This document shows, one piece after another, positions 18,985-29,354 of a DNA stretch of 64,000 nt. The stretch comes from Minisyncoccota bacterium (lineage in GTDB: Bacteria > Patescibacteriota > Minisyncoccia > Phycocordibacterales > UBA9973). The translations under genes were made by a program, and so were the position numbers. Each line of letters opens with the position of its first letter. Position 1 is the stretch's first letter. The notes under the pieces are model-generated. The model did not search any database. It was not told the origin of the DNA and saw only the letters and a program-made list of their open reading frames with translations. The DNA is taken from NCBI GenBank assembly GCA_039915165.1, contig JBDSNU010000018.1, positions 2,064 through 66,063 on the forward strand. Direction: 5' to 3'.

Positions 18985-20346
18985 TTATTTGAACAGGATT
19001 CTGATATCTTCCAACTCTTTCATTAAATGTGGATCACTAACTAATTCACCTTTAATTTTTTCATACGAGTGAATAACGGTAGTGTGGTCTTTGCCACCAA
19101 GTTTGGCACCGATAGATGGATATGATTCATTGAAGTCTTCACGAAGAACAAACATGATGATCTGACGTGCTCGAACTATTTCTTTCCTACGGGTTTTTTC
19201 ATAAATAACCTGTTCATCGAGATTGTAATAATCTGAAACCATTTTCACTACTGAATCAATAGAGATAACACGCTTCGGTTTAACACTATTTTTGATCAAT
19301 AGTTTGATTTCACTAAGACTAATAGCTTTTTGACGCATACTTGAATGCATAGAGATCAGGTTTAATACTCCTTCTATTTCACGGATACTACCTGTTACTA
19401 CAGAAGCTATATATGCCAATACTTCTGGATCTAAAGGAAATTCTTGTTGAATACTCTTTTCTTTAATGATTGCCATTCGAGACTCAAGATCTGGTTCTTG
19501 AATATCAATAGTCATACCAGCATTGAAACGAGTTTTAAGGCGATCTTCTAAACCAATAATATGGTTAGGGTGTTTATCAGATGAAAAAATAATATTCTTA
19601 TTTTGTTCATATAACACATTGAAGATATGAAAGAGTGCATTTTGTGTTCCCTCTTTACCTGAGATGAATTGAATATCATCCATGATCAGCACATCGAACT
19701 TACAATACTTATCTTGAAATGATTGCTGACGGTTGTTTTGCACTGAAGAAACATATTCATTCATGAATTTTTCTAGACTAGTGTATAGCACTTTTTTATC
19801 TGGATAGAGTTTTTTGATTTCATTGCCTACTGCTTGAATAAGGTGAGTTTTTCCTAGACCACTTGAACCATAAATAAATAATGGGTTATAAGCATTTTGT
19901 AGACGCTTCACTACTCCTTGAGCAGATGCACAGGCTAGTTCATTAAAAGGCCCTACGATGAATGTATCGAATGTATAACGAGGGTTAAGATTGTCATCTC
20001 TATTGATATAAAGGTTTTGCAGAGGGAGTGTTGATGGTTGATCTACTGCTGGGGCAGAAAAAAGATTATTATCAGTAGAAGGTGTAGGAGTTGCGAGGCG
20101 ACTAATGATGAATTCTACTCCCCGTATATGTGAAGCGTTTTCAACAATAGTTTTCAATATAAGCTTTTGGTATTTTGTCATTAACCATTCACGAACGAAT
20201 TCGTTTGGCACACTAACATAAATAATACCCTCTTCTTCTTTGTTAATACCGGTGTTTTTAAACCAAGTCGTAAAAGTAGCCTTGGTAAGCTGTGATTCGA
20301 TCACACCGAGACAGGTATTCCAAAGTTGAGTGAGAGTGGTTTCCAT
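18985..20346 (-). CDS. dnaA: Chromosomal replication initiator DnaA
   Basis: LNPRYTFDTF, YNPLFIYGSSGLGKTHL, DDIQF, GGKDHTTVIH. Confidence 0.98.
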   Translation of the reverse strand: METTLTQLWNTCLGVIESQLTKATFTTWFKNTGINKEEEGIIYVSVPNEFVREWLMTKYQKLILKTIVENASHIRGVEFIISRLATPTPSTDNNLFSAPAVDQPSTLPLQNLYINRDDNLNPRYTFDTFIVGPFNELACASAQGVVKRLQNAYNPLFIYGSSGLGKTHLIQAVGNEIKKLYPDKKVLYTSLEKFMNEYVSSVQNNRQQSFQDKYCKFDVLIMDDIQFISGKEGTQNALFHIFNVLYEQNKNIIFSSDKHPNHIIGLEDRLKTRFNAGMTIDIQEPDLESRMAIIKEKSIQQEFPLDPEVLAYIASVVTGSIREIEGVLNLISMHSSMRQKAISLSEIKLLIKNSVKPKRVISIDSVVKMVSDYYNLDEQVIYEKTRRKEIVRARQIIMFVLREDFNESYPSIGAKLGGKDHTTVIHSYEKIKGELVSDPHLMKELEDIRILFK

Positions 20347-20384
20347 TGATTACATCATACAGACTTTTTCCATTATCTAATAAA

Positions 20385-20413
20385 AGTGGATAAGCTGTGG
20401 ATTGAGTGGATTA
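20385..20413. promoter_or_regulatory. DnaA-box cluster upstream of dnaA
   Basis: AGTGGATAA 20385-20393, TGTGGATTG 20396-20404, AGTGGATTA 20405-20413. Confidence 0.7.
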
Positions 20414-20481
20414 TAGCAGATATTGAAGCAATTTTGACTACTTGATTTGTAGGATATTTTTGTGTATAGTGCACCTACTCT

Positions 20482-20619
20482 ATGTCTCAAACATATCAGC
20501 CAAAAAAGAAGAAACGAGCAACAACACACGGATTTCTAGTTCGTAGTGCTAGTGCTACTGGCCGAAAAGTATTGCTTGCTCGTCGCCGTAAAGGTCGCAC
20601 TCAGCTCACTACTGTTTAG
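20482..20619 (+). CDS. rpmH: 50S ribosomal protein L34; not in the ORF track
   Basis: [45 protein letters not shown]. Confidence 0.97.
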   Translation: MSQTYQPKKKKRATTHGFLVRSASATGRKVLLARRRKGRTQLTTV

Positions 20620-20622
20620 CTT

Positions 20623-20946
20623 ATGCTGCCGTCAGTTAAACGGCTTTCCCGTAATAATGTTAATTCCCTCCTTTTACATTCAGGTTTAAAGGTGGTTTTT
20701 AATCGTCTAGGTACATTAAAGTATGTAAATTCATTAGAAAATGCGGCATTTACAGTAGTAACTGGGGCAAAAAATCAAAAAAAGGCAGTGTTACGCAATA
20801 AAGTCCGCCGTCAGTTGTACACATTATTCAATAAAAATAAGGATATTTCGTTTATTGGTATACTTTATGTATCAAAACAGGTATATGATATGTCTTATAT
20901 GGAACTTAAGACAAATTTAGATGCATTGGTTAAAAAAACTGCCTAA
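20623..20946 (+). CDS. rnpA: Ribonuclease P protein component
   Basis: MLPSVKRL, KKAVLRNKVRR (RNR motif); follows rpmH. Confidence 0.88.
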   Translation: MLPSVKRLSRNNVNSLLLHSGLKVVFNRLGTLKYVNSLENAAFTVVTGAKNQKKAVLRNKVRRQLYTLFNKNKDISFIGILYVSKQVYDMSYMELKTNLDALVKKTA

Positions 20947-21151
20947 TTACCTTGCTTTAGGGGTTATTTGGCTATATCGGACATTTATTGCTCCTTTTTA
21001 TACAAAACCGCATTGTATTTTTTACCCGACTTGCTCTCAATATGGTCAGGAATGCTTTAAAAAGTACCCTTTTTGGACTGCTTTGCGAAAAACACTACAT
21101 AGAATCAGTCGCTGTCATCCAGGTAATGATCCCCAGGTTGACCTGCCATAA
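20921..21151 (+). CDS. yidD: Membrane protein insertion efficiency factor YidD
   Basis: CIFYPTCSQY, RISRCHP. Confidence 0.93.
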   Translation: MHWLKKLPNYLALGVIWLYRTFIAPFYTKPHCIFYPTCSQYGQECFKKYPFWTALRKTLHRISRCHPGNDPQVDLP

Positions 21152-21169
21152 TATGCTATAATCATCTCC

Positions 21170-21895
21170 ATGATTACCCTTTGGAATATAGTTATTTATC
21201 AGCCACTTTATAATGCACTTATCTTTATTGCACAGCATATTACCTTCCAAGATGTTGGTTTAGCTGTTATTGTTTTGACGATTATTATTCGCCTAGCACT
21301 CTTCCCTCTTAGTAAGAAGAGTATTGTTGGGCAATATAAAATGCGTGCATTGGAACCAAAACTTCAAGCTGTTAAAGATAAAGGTCTTACAAAAGAAGAA
21401 GAAGCTCAGGCAACGATGGCTATCTATAAAGAAGAAAAGATCAATCCTTTTTCCGGATGTCTTTATTTGATCATTCAACTCCCTATTCTTTTGGCTCTAT
21501 ATCGAACATTTTCAAATGGTATTGTTCAACCGCAACACCTCTATAGTTTTTTAAGCACAGATAATTTGAAGAACATGTTCCTCGGATTGATTGATATTAC
21601 TAAGCCATTCCTCCCTCTTGCTATCTTAGCCGGTATTACACAAGCCATTCAAGCATTCCTTGCTCCAGCCCCTGCTGCACCAGCTCGTAAAGGTGATAAC
21701 AATATGCAAAATCAGCTCGCACAGAGTCTTGCTGTACAAACTAAGTATATCCTCCCTATTATCATTATAGTGATCGCTAGTCGCCTTGCAGCCGCTGTAG
21801 CCCTATACTGGACAGTAGCGAACCTCTTCTCTATCTTGCAAGAATTATATCTACGTAAAACTGTAAGAAATAAACTCGTCCTCGATAATAAATAA
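21170..21895 (+). CDS. yidC: Membrane protein insertase YidC (short form)
   Basis: GLAVIVLTIIIRLALFPL, INPFSGCL..IIQLPI, ALYWTVANLF. Confidence 0.93.
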   Translation: MITLWNIVIYQPLYNALIFIAQHITFQDVGLAVIVLTIIIRLALFPLSKKSIVGQYKMRALEPKLQAVKDKGLTKEEEAQATMAIYKEEKINPFSGCLYLIIQLPILLALYRTFSNGIVQPQHLYSFLSTDNLKNMFLGLIDITKPFLPLAILAGITQAIQAFLAPAPAAPARKGDNNMQNQLAQSLAVQTKYILPIIIIVIASRLAAAVALYWTVANLFSILQELYLRKTVRNKLVLDNK

Positions 21896-21922
21896 AACAA
21901 AAAAAGCCGATATCGGCTTTTT

Positions 21923-23176
21923 TTAATATTTATTACTATATAAAAGACCTGTATTTTTATCGATGAAGAACACTAATTGTTGAGCTTCGTCTACTTGAAT
22001 GTTTATCATATCGTATGTGGGGATTCCGGCGGTATAGATTGTGCTGAATGTATTTGAAGCAGTATTTATTTGATATAAGTTGTCATTGAAGTGATTGATA
22101 CCGGCATACCAACTATCGGGATATACAGCAGGATCAACACTGGTATTTCCTGCACAGATAAGGTTTTCATTTTGCAGCCACGCGCATTTTTCTGGCAAAA
22201 TATTGAGACTGATAGCAGAAATAGTGCTAGTCTTTGAATTATAAATTTTAGTACTAAATCCTGTATCGGAACTTTCAGAATAGAGAACGTATTGACCACT
22301 TGGGCTTACAGAAGTAGTGAGTCCTTTGATATTCCCTACTATTCGTTTGAGGCGTGAACTCGATTGGTCTAATAGATATACATATCCATCAGTCTTGGAT
22401 GCAGCTTTTGTTTGTAGATACACACCAGAAGTAGTCCATTGAGGCAACCATGACATAAAAGTAGAAGTAAAAAGTTTTTTGATTGATGATCCTGTAGTAG
22501 TAGAACTACTTACGGTTGTACCTTTTGCATCACGAGTAATTCTTACAACACTTTTTTGATCAGGAGAAACTGTAAGATTGTAAATATTATCCGAAAGATA
22601 AATCCCTGGAACTTGAGTTCGTGTACCATCGGAGTTTAGGGGCGGTACTGGAATACTATAAGTAGCAATAGTGTTGTTATCATTACGTAAAAATCGCAAA
22701 ATAGCAGTGTTATTACTATCTGCGAACATTGCCTCATAAATATTTGGAATAAAAATATTACTTACCTGTAGAGGGATTTCTTTATTTTTTATTTCATATA
22801 CATACCCATTAACTCTCGATACATACCGTACATAATGGTCAGTAATATATGTAATGATGGGTTTAATTTTTGGATCTGTTGAAGGAATAGAAACAGGCGT
22901 GGTAATACTGTAAATGGTATACCCAGCTATTGGTCGCGGTGAAAGTTGTTTCAATGCTGGTTCAGATGCAGCTGCTCCAGCATTTGCATCAATAGGACTT
23001 CCATCGGGGTTGGTATCTGGACCAAAGTTATTGCCGGTACTTGTCGTTTTTGGAAAAAATGACGTTAAGATATTTGGTACCGGTTGGCCAGTAGTTACAC
23101 GAGGACGAATATAGAAAAAATATACTCCACCGATAACGACTAGAACCACTAATAAAATTATGAGAGCTTTCCGCAT
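21923..23176 (-). CDS. Membrane-anchored protein, probable beta-propeller
   Basis: N-terminal TM; repeated beta-rich VSPDQK/VSPSGQYVLYS segments; last gene of the T4SS-like cluster. Confidence 0.7.
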   Translation of the reverse strand: MRKALIILLVVLVVIGGVYFFYIRPRVTTGQPVPNILTSFFPKTTSTGNNFGPDTNPDGSPIDANAGAAASEPALKQLSPRPIAGYTIYSITTPVSIPSTDPKIKPIITYITDHYVRYVSRVNGYVYEIKNKEIPLQVSNIFIPNIYEAMFADSNNTAILRFLRNDNNTIATYSIPVPPLNSDGTRTQVPGIYLSDNIYNLTVSPDQKSVVRITRDAKGTTVSSSTTTGSSIKKLFTSTFMSWLPQWTTSGVYLQTKAASKTDGYVYLLDQSSSRLKRIVGNIKGLTTSVSPSGQYVLYSESSDTGFSTKIYNSKTSTISAISLNILPEKCAWLQNENLICAGNTSVDPAVYPDSWYAGINHFNDNLYQINTASNTFSTIYTAGIPTYDMINIQVDEAQQLVFFIDKNTGLLYSNKY

Positions 23177-23193
23177 ATGAATATTGTACTATA

Positions 23194-24843
23194 CTATCTC
23201 CCATCAACAGACCAGTGCCATGGTTCCTTCGAGAAGTTTTTAAGACCATAAGAAGGCTGCGAAGCATTATTCTGCAGCCATATAAAGCATTTATTATCAT
23301 GAGTACTAATGGTATCTGTTGCATTACCACAGGTGAAATCAAACGCCAGACCACTTTCATGATTTGAATGTCCAGGTACAGCAGTTGGCGGTTTACAAAT
23401 CGCTTTTGAGTTTGTTGTGTCACCATTACAATGAGCTTTACGCAAAGCAACCTGTTGTGCATTTGTTCTAAAACCTCCACCTTCTAATATTATGCCTTGA
23501 GCATAGGCAGCTGTAAGCATTCTAGTAAGGTTTGGTGCTATTGTTCTACATGCTAAAAATGATGATTTTTGTACAGTTACTCTTGTTATACCAGCAGTAC
23601 ATATTCCTGCAGCTCCCTCAGGTGCGGAAATATTGCCTTGGTTGATCAAAGGATCTGCATCTTCATCAGGTTGGATACCAATTGCCAGTTGTGCCGGGCC
23701 AATATTGTTATTGCTCACCAGTTTGGGGTTTATAGTATTTAAAATAATATAAGAAGTCATCGCAAGTAATAGTCCTCCTAATGCTGCAAAGAATGCGCCT
23801 TTGGAACTTGCTTTCAAAAAGGGCACATCAGTCATCATGTATTGGTAGCCCTCAAACATGAGACGGAATACCAGCATAACGGCAGATAGTCCGATCAAAA
23901 GATTTAATGCGTAGTTAAGTACATCGTTCATATCACAAAATTTCGGCCCAGCAGTTCCTGATGCTGCGGCAGTTGCACGTTGTTGAGCACAGAGATCGGG
24001 GTCGGGTAATACTTTTAGATCAGGGAAACCAGAGAGTAATGTATAACTATGCTGCGTATTGTAAGAGGCTTGGTCGGTAGTGGTAGAAATAATGTTGCCA
24101 GTACTACTATTGAAATGACCAACGGCATCGTTTACAGAATTTCCATTTAAGGTCACTATCTGTTGAATATAATACACAGCACTAGGGCCGAGTGAGTTCA
24201 AGCGCCATTGATAGGTGCCATCCTCATTTATCCCTTCTACACCTTTACTATTTTCACTATGGAGTGGACCACGAGCATCGGTCAGACTTTTTGCACCATC
24301 TGCTTGCGGGGTTTGAGTGTAATATAGCTCCGCCTTAAAACTACCTGGACTGAAACTACTTACTTTATCAATGTTAATTTTACCTGTTACTAAAATACTC
24401 CCACTAGTTTCCAGTGTTGTTACGAGGTGATCAATAGGAATACTAGCAGCAGCTGTTTTTACAGAAACTGTCGGAGTAATATATTTACCATCACCGCCCT
24501 TTGCCGGGAAGTCTACTACGCGTGCATAGTAAACAGTGTTTGCTTTGAATCCAGTGATTGACCAGGTCACAGTGCCTGTAGTTAATGGAGATGCCCCTGT
24601 CGGTCTTTTAATTGTAGGATCTATAGTTGTTACAGCACTCGGCCCTTTACCACTATATGTATCTCCTGCTGGGAAAGCATCTGTTTGTAGTACAAGTTTA
24701 TACGTATCACTGATCAATGCATCGGTCATTGTTGCATTGATCGTAACCTCTTTTGGTTTTTCAATAGTAAGGTTGTATGCAGCGAAACTACGGCCGACGA
24801 TTAGTAGGGTGAAAATAAATGTTAGCCACAGTATTTTTTTCAT
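23194..24843 (-). CDS. Secreted protein with a VirB2/pilin-like TM hairpin fused to an M15 (VanY-like) peptidase
   Basis: Signal peptide; LNYALNLLIGLS..GYQYM..ALGGLLLAMTSYIILNTINPKL; GFRT..QQ, SNHESGLAFD, EPWHW. Confidence 0.85.
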   Translation of the reverse strand: MKKILWLTFIFTLLIVGRSFAAYNLTIEKPKEVTINATMTDALISDTYKLVLQTDAFPAGDTYSGKGPSAVTTIDPTIKRPTGASPLTTGTVTWSITGFKANTVYYARVVDFPAKGGDGKYITPTVSVKTAAASIPIDHLVTTLETSGSILVTGKINIDKVSSFSPGSFKAELYYTQTPQADGAKSLTDARGPLHSENSKGVEGINEDGTYQWRLNSLGPSAVYYIQQIVTLNGNSVNDAVGHFNSSTGNIISTTTDQASYNTQHSYTLLSGFPDLKVLPDPDLCAQQRATAAASGTAGPKFCDMNDVLNYALNLLIGLSAVMLVFRLMFEGYQYMMTDVPFLKASSKGAFFAALGGLLLAMTSYIILNTINPKLVSNNNIGPAQLAIGIQPDEDADPLINQGNISAPEGAAGICTAGITRVTVQKSSFLACRTIAPNLTRMLTAAYAQGIILEGGGFRTNAQQVALRKAHCNGDTTNSKAICKPPTAVPGHSNHESGLAFDFTCGNATDTISTHDNKCFIWLQNNASQPSYGLKNFSKEPWHWSVDGR

Positions 24844-24864
24844 AGCTTTAGTTTATCACGAAAA

Positions 24865-25836
24865 TTAATTGAAATTCACAGTAAAGCGCTTTGTGATGTT
24901 TTGAAGATTGAACACAATAGTACTTACTGCAGTTTTGAAGTTGGACTGCCCCCCGTTATCAGGACGTGAAAGCGGCAATTCGTTTTTTACACTAGCGGGT
25001 GTGAGGACTGTACCCGCATCATCTTTGTAAGAAAACGCTAAATCATGACTAAGGCTAATAGGTGCAGAGAAATAATAGGGCTCGAAGTGAACAAGAACAC
25101 CAGTGCTATAAGTTGAGAGGGTGCTTGTTGAACCATTGCTATAATCAATGAAGCCATCATTATTGAAATATCCAGCAACTACAGGATCTCCCGGGGTAAT
25201 CGTGATATCTGCATTGCCGGTGAAGCTGCCATTTTTTTCGGTAACAGCAATTTGTTCACTACTATTTAATCCGTCATTTTGAAATAAAATTGTATTTTTG
25301 CCATATCCAGAAGCACGCTGTAATGCATCACCATTTTGAGTCCAGCTGTAACTCATAGATTTGGGGGCGCTGATAGATGGTACTGCCATTACACGAATGA
25401 TTCCCCCAACTGAAGGAAGAGGAAGTCCTTTATAAAAGGGTGGCGTATAACTATCCGCACCTTCCCATAGCATATCTACGCTGGCTGGGCGCAATATTAA
25501 TGTTGCCGCTGATGTCTCAAAACTCCCGCCTGTAACAACAGCAGTAATTGTTCCTGTTACCCCACTCGCTGGCGCGGTAACAGTTATAGTGGTCAACCCC
25601 TTCCCGCCATCAATGGTTTTACTATTATATGTCCAGGTAATATTGGCCTGACTAATATCAGCACTATAGCTTTGTAGACTAATAGTAGTTTGCTGTAGTG
25701 GGAGTGGATTTACCGGCACGCTGGAAATACTAATATCGATCTGTGCACTTTGAGCGTGCACGATACGAACAATAAAAATTGCCGCAATTGCAATGCTTGT
25801 TATCAGGGTGCCTATTATGAGAGAGAAACGTTTCAC
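24865..25836 (-). CDS. Secreted Ig-like hypothetical protein of the T4SS-like cluster
   Basis: Signal peptide (VHAQ), beta-rich, LWEGADSYTPPFYKGLPLP. Confidence 0.7.
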   Translation of the reverse strand: MKRFSLIIGTLITSIAIAAIFIVRIVHAQSAQIDISISSVPVNPLPLQQTTISLQSYSADISQANITWTYNSKTIDGGKGLTTITVTAPASGVTGTITAVVTGGSFETSAATLILRPASVDMLWEGADSYTPPFYKGLPLPSVGGIIRVMAVPSISAPKSMSYSWTQNGDALQRASGYGKNTILFQNDGLNSSEQIAVTEKNGSFTGNADITITPGDPVVAGYFNNDGFIDYSNGSTSTLSTYSTGVLVHFEPYYFSAPISLSHDLAFSYKDDAGTVLTPASVKNELPLSRPDNGGQSNFKTAVSTIVFNLQNITKRFTVNFN

Positions 25837-25863
25837 CTATTTATTATAGCAAAACTACGTACG

Positions 25864-27657
25864 TTATGCTCTTTGTTGAGACTGAGAAAATTCGTGCTTA
25901 GCTTTTTGAATAGAAATAACTTGAGAAGGATCAGAGGTAATGATTTGATCTTCCGTATAGGAAGCGATAATCTTGATTGCCACATGTTTAAGTCCAGCAA
26001 AGAAAATGCCTTCCCCTACCCCTGATTCTAACAATAGATACTTTTCTTCATCAGTAAGATTGAATGTCTTTTGCAGCACATCCATGGTTGATGGAGATTG
26101 TTTTAGCAATAGCTGAATAGAAGAGTTGGTAATAATCGGTACACCATAAGGACTTTTCATGAAATCCCCCACGTCTTGAGTGATAGTACATAGTCCAAGA
26201 TAGTATTTACGTCCACGCTTTGCGATAGAGTATAGGAAAGAAGCAGTATCATCTGACTTCATCATCCACCAGGCCTCATCAACAACAAGTAATCGTTTTT
26301 TGAGCTCTTTGCGTACAGCATTCCAAATAAAGTGCGTAACAATATACATTGCTGCCGGCTTTAAGTCGTCTTCCATGTCACGGACAGAAAACACTACAAA
26401 TTTTTTATTAATATCAACGTTTGTTGGCTGGTTGATGAAGCTTGCCCATGAGCCATGAGTATATTTTGTCAGTCGCTGTAAAATAGAATCAGTCCCCTCC
26501 ATACCAGAGAGCACCATTTCAAAGTCAGAGAGTAGGGGTGGTTCAATCGTAGAAAAGTCAGAGTCAGCGCTAATATCTTTCAATGAATATGTTTCTGTGA
26601 TAGCACGGTCGATAATAGAGTCTTCTTCTGCACTCAACCCTCCCAACATAATACGGAATAGTCCAACCAGGTTAATAATGTTGCTGCGCAATACATCAGC
26701 AGATGATTCATCTTCACGAGGGATTGGTAGATCAAAAGGGTTGATGTGGTGATCAGATGAAAGTGAAATATTGAAATAACGCCCGCCGATTGCTTCAGCC
26801 AAATACTCGTATTCCCTTTCCGGGTCGATCACAATAACATCTGTATCAAACATGAGTGTACGAATGATCTCGAGTTTTGTGGCATAACTTTTACCGGCAC
26901 CAGACTTAGCGAAAATAATTGAGTTATAGTTTTCTAGACTAAAGCGATCAAAGATCACCAAGCTTGAATTGTGACGGTTAACACCATACAAGATACCTGT
27001 TTCACTTGTTAAGTCGAACGAAACGAAAGGAAACATACTAGAAATAGGCTCGGAATTGAGCTTCTGTGTTACCTGTAGTTTGTCTGTACCAAGCGGCGCA
27101 ACTGTTTTGAAGCCATCTTCTTCCTGGAAGAGTGTTGGTTTTATATAAATAAGCTTTGATTCCAAAAGGGATTTGATCTCGCTTTCTGTACGGAAAAGGT
27201 CAGTTTCATTATCGGCATAGATAGTGATATACATACCAAGGTCAAACATTTTCTCCTGGGCTTGTGTGAGGTTGTCACGAAGTTCTTCAAGGTCTTCACG
27301 CGCAGTGTCGAGCATTGGATCACGAACCAACCCTTTTTGCTGACGAACAATGATCTGACTTTCTACTTCAGCGATCTTTTTCTGAAAGTGTTTCAAGAGC
27401 TCAGCCGTTTCGATTGGGTTGATATAAATAGCGATATCAAAAATCTTATCAAGGTTGATGATCGGCGTTAGCCAGTTGTCAGTTAGATAACGAGGGTATG
27501 AAATGATAAAAAACGTACGAACGATTTTATCACCGATACGCATGGATTTGGACGTTATTTCAATAGCAGAAGGAGCAATTTTGTCTGCCAGTTCCATTGT
27601 TTCCCATTCATGAACTTGATTTGATGAAATGGGCAAGAGGCCTCCGTTATCTTTCAT
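25864..27657 (-). CDS. virB4: VirB4-like ATPase
   Basis: YGVNRHN, FAKSGAGKSY, IDPEREY, INPFD, LVVDEAW, RGRKY, ITQDV; start MKDNGG. Confidence 0.92.
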   Translation of the reverse strand: MKDNGGLLPISSNQVHEWETMELADKIAPSAIEITSKSMRIGDKIVRTFFIISYPRYLTDNWLTPIINLDKIFDIAIYINPIETAELLKHFQKKIAEVESQIIVRQQKGLVRDPMLDTAREDLEELRDNLTQAQEKMFDLGMYITIYADNETDLFRTESEIKSLLESKLIYIKPTLFQEEDGFKTVAPLGTDKLQVTQKLNSEPISSMFPFVSFDLTSETGILYGVNRHNSSLVIFDRFSLENYNSIIFAKSGAGKSYATKLEIIRTLMFDTDVIVIDPEREYEYLAEAIGGRYFNISLSSDHHINPFDLPIPREDESSADVLRSNIINLVGLFRIMLGGLSAEEDSIIDRAITETYSLKDISADSDFSTIEPPLLSDFEMVLSGMEGTDSILQRLTKYTHGSWASFINQPTNVDINKKFVVFSVRDMEDDLKPAAMYIVTHFIWNAVRKELKKRLLVVDEAWWMMKSDDTASFLYSIAKRGRKYYLGLCTITQDVGDFMKSPYGVPIITNSSIQLLLKQSPSTMDVLQKTFNLTDEEKYLLLESGVGEGIFFAGLKHVAIKIIASYTEDQIITSDPSQVISIQKAKHEFSQSQQRA

Positions 27658-27682
27658 GTGTATAGTATAACACCAGTAGTGC

Positions 27683-28318
27683 CTATCCGTTAGATTGGCT
27701 AGTGCTTTCTCCAGGGTTGAATGTTTTGTAGAGCACCTCAATCACCTCTTGTGTACCAAGTTGTACTAAGCGCAGCCCTACTCCTGAAAGTCCTTGTTCA
27801 ACAACACTTACTCGCTGCTCAAGCTGGGTGCGCTCTTCTTCGAAATCACTAATTGCTCCAGTATCTGAAATTGGTTTACTTTTTAAAAATGAGAAAAATC
27901 TCCCAATACCAGAGTTTTGTTTCAACACCGCAGGTATATAAGGAATAACAACGAAAAAGGATTTGCGCATCACATTCACTTGGTCAGTAAATGTTTGAAT
28001 GAATTGTATATACTCGCGTGTTTGGATCTGCAGCAATTGCTCAGTCTGTTCCTTTAGGCGATTTTCAAGGGTCAAAATGTATGGACGAACATCATAACGT
28101 CGAGACTGCACTACGATTTGTACTGGAAAATCAAGAGTATTTAAGAAATTTTGAAACTGTACCAGTGTTGCACGTTGCTCATCATATGACTTAAGACTCA
28201 AGTTGATAGAAGAAACCAGCACAATAGTACACAGTGTGCCGTCTTTCAATACGACGATACCATCGCGTACTTCTTGTACTGGAACGAATTGTTGTGCAGG
28301 TGTTGATGATACGGCCAT
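27683..28318 (-). CDS. VirB4-associated (TraC N-terminal-like) protein
   Basis: QQFVP..EVRDGIVVLKDG, SSINL.LKS.DEQ, FLNTLDFPVQI; lies between prgI and virB4. Confidence 0.75.
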   Translation of the reverse strand: MAVSSTPAQQFVPVQEVRDGIVVLKDGTLCTIVLVSSINLSLKSYDEQRATLVQFQNFLNTLDFPVQIVVQSRRYDVRPYILTLENRLKEQTEQLLQIQTREYIQFIQTFTDQVNVMRKSFFVVIPYIPAVLKQNSGIGRFFSFLKSKPISDTGAISDFEEERTQLEQRVSVVEQGLSGVGLRLVQLGTQEVIEVLYKTFNPGESTSQSNG

Positions 28319-28326
28319 GAGAATTT

Positions 28327-28731
28327 CTATACTTTATTTTTGGGGTCAATCACGTCGACGCTCCAAGACAATGTCTTGAGCTTACTCTCGCTCATTGTAG
28401 CACGGTCACCTGAAAGAGATGTTGTAGGACGTGCTGTCGCATTGTTTCTATTAGAATCCTTATGCCATAGATACAATCTTGAGTGGCTATAGAAATTAAT
28501 AAATGATTCAACAACGTTGATAAATGGCTTATCATTATATTTCATAAAAGCTAATGCCCCTGCAAAAATAACAACGGCTGGACCAACAACAATTGCGATG
28601 ATGGTCGGCAAGAAATGAAATGCCAAATACCCTAACCCTGCTCCCCCAGCAAGATATGCAAATTGTTTGAAGGTAAGCGGGCCAAACACTTTGTCTTCCA
28701 TATCAATAAATTGTGGAACTTTGAATTGCAT
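28327..28731 (-). CDS. prgI: PrgI-family (VirB3-like) protein
   Basis: MQFKVPQFIDMEDKVFGPLTFKQF plus two TM segments. Confidence 0.9.
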   Translation of the reverse strand: MQFKVPQFIDMEDKVFGPLTFKQFAYLAGGAGLGYLAFHFLPTIIAIVVGPAVVIFAGALAFMKYNDKPFINVVESFINFYSHSRLYLWHKDSNRNNATARPTTSLSGDRATMSESKLKTLSWSVDVIDPKNKV

Positions 28732-28732
28732 A

Positions 28733-29353
28733 TTATATATTGTCTATTGATTCATGATACGGGTCAATAGTATGAGTTGGCGCAGTAGCCTCTACAGGTT
28801 TTTGCATAGATACAGGAACTTGCGCAGTATCAGCAGGAGCTGTTACCCCCGGTTCAGTAATAGGAAGATTGTCAGGCACAGTGCCTTTTTGCAGAGTGTA
28901 ATTGCGAGTAGTAGGGCTAGACATTGAGGATTGCTTTAATCTTTCAGCGAGTGAGGTCAGGCTCGATGACGAGGCAAGAGAAGTAGAAAGGGTTTTGGGG
29001 ATGGGGACATCTTCTGTTTTTTGGGATAGATTATGATCAAGATCTTTATAAACATCAATTAATAAAAGGATTTCAGCAATAACTTTTTTATCAATAACCT
29101 CCTTTATTTTTTGCTTATTAACTTCAGGTGTTATCAGTGTAGAGATATAAGAAATCAGTTCATCTTTTGTTCTTGTTCCAAATAAAAATAATAACACTTC
29201 ATTTGGTAAATCAATTTTTTCTGCCTCACTCGCTACTAACATAGAAAGTTCGTTTTTTACCGCCTCAAATTCATCTCCAAAGATAAACTCTTTAACTTCT
29301 TCAGGGATATCTTGAACGTACCCTTCAATATCATTTATTGTATCTTCATCCAT
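28733..29353 (-). CDS. Hypothetical protein (acidic helical N-terminus, disordered tail ending DPYHE)
   Basis: 206-aa ORF packed between the VirB6-like gene and prgI. Confidence 0.7.
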   Translation of the reverse strand: MDEDTINDIEGYVQDIPEEVKEFIFGDEFEAVKNELSMLVASEAEKIDLPNEVLLFLFGTRTKDELISYISTLITPEVNKQKIKEVIDKKVIAEILLLIDVYKDLDHNLSQKTEDVPIPKTLSTSLASSSSLTSLAERLKQSSMSSPTTRNYTLQKGTVPDNLPITEPGVTAPADTAQVPVSMQKPVEATAPTHTIDPYHESIDNI

Positions 29354-29354
29354 A

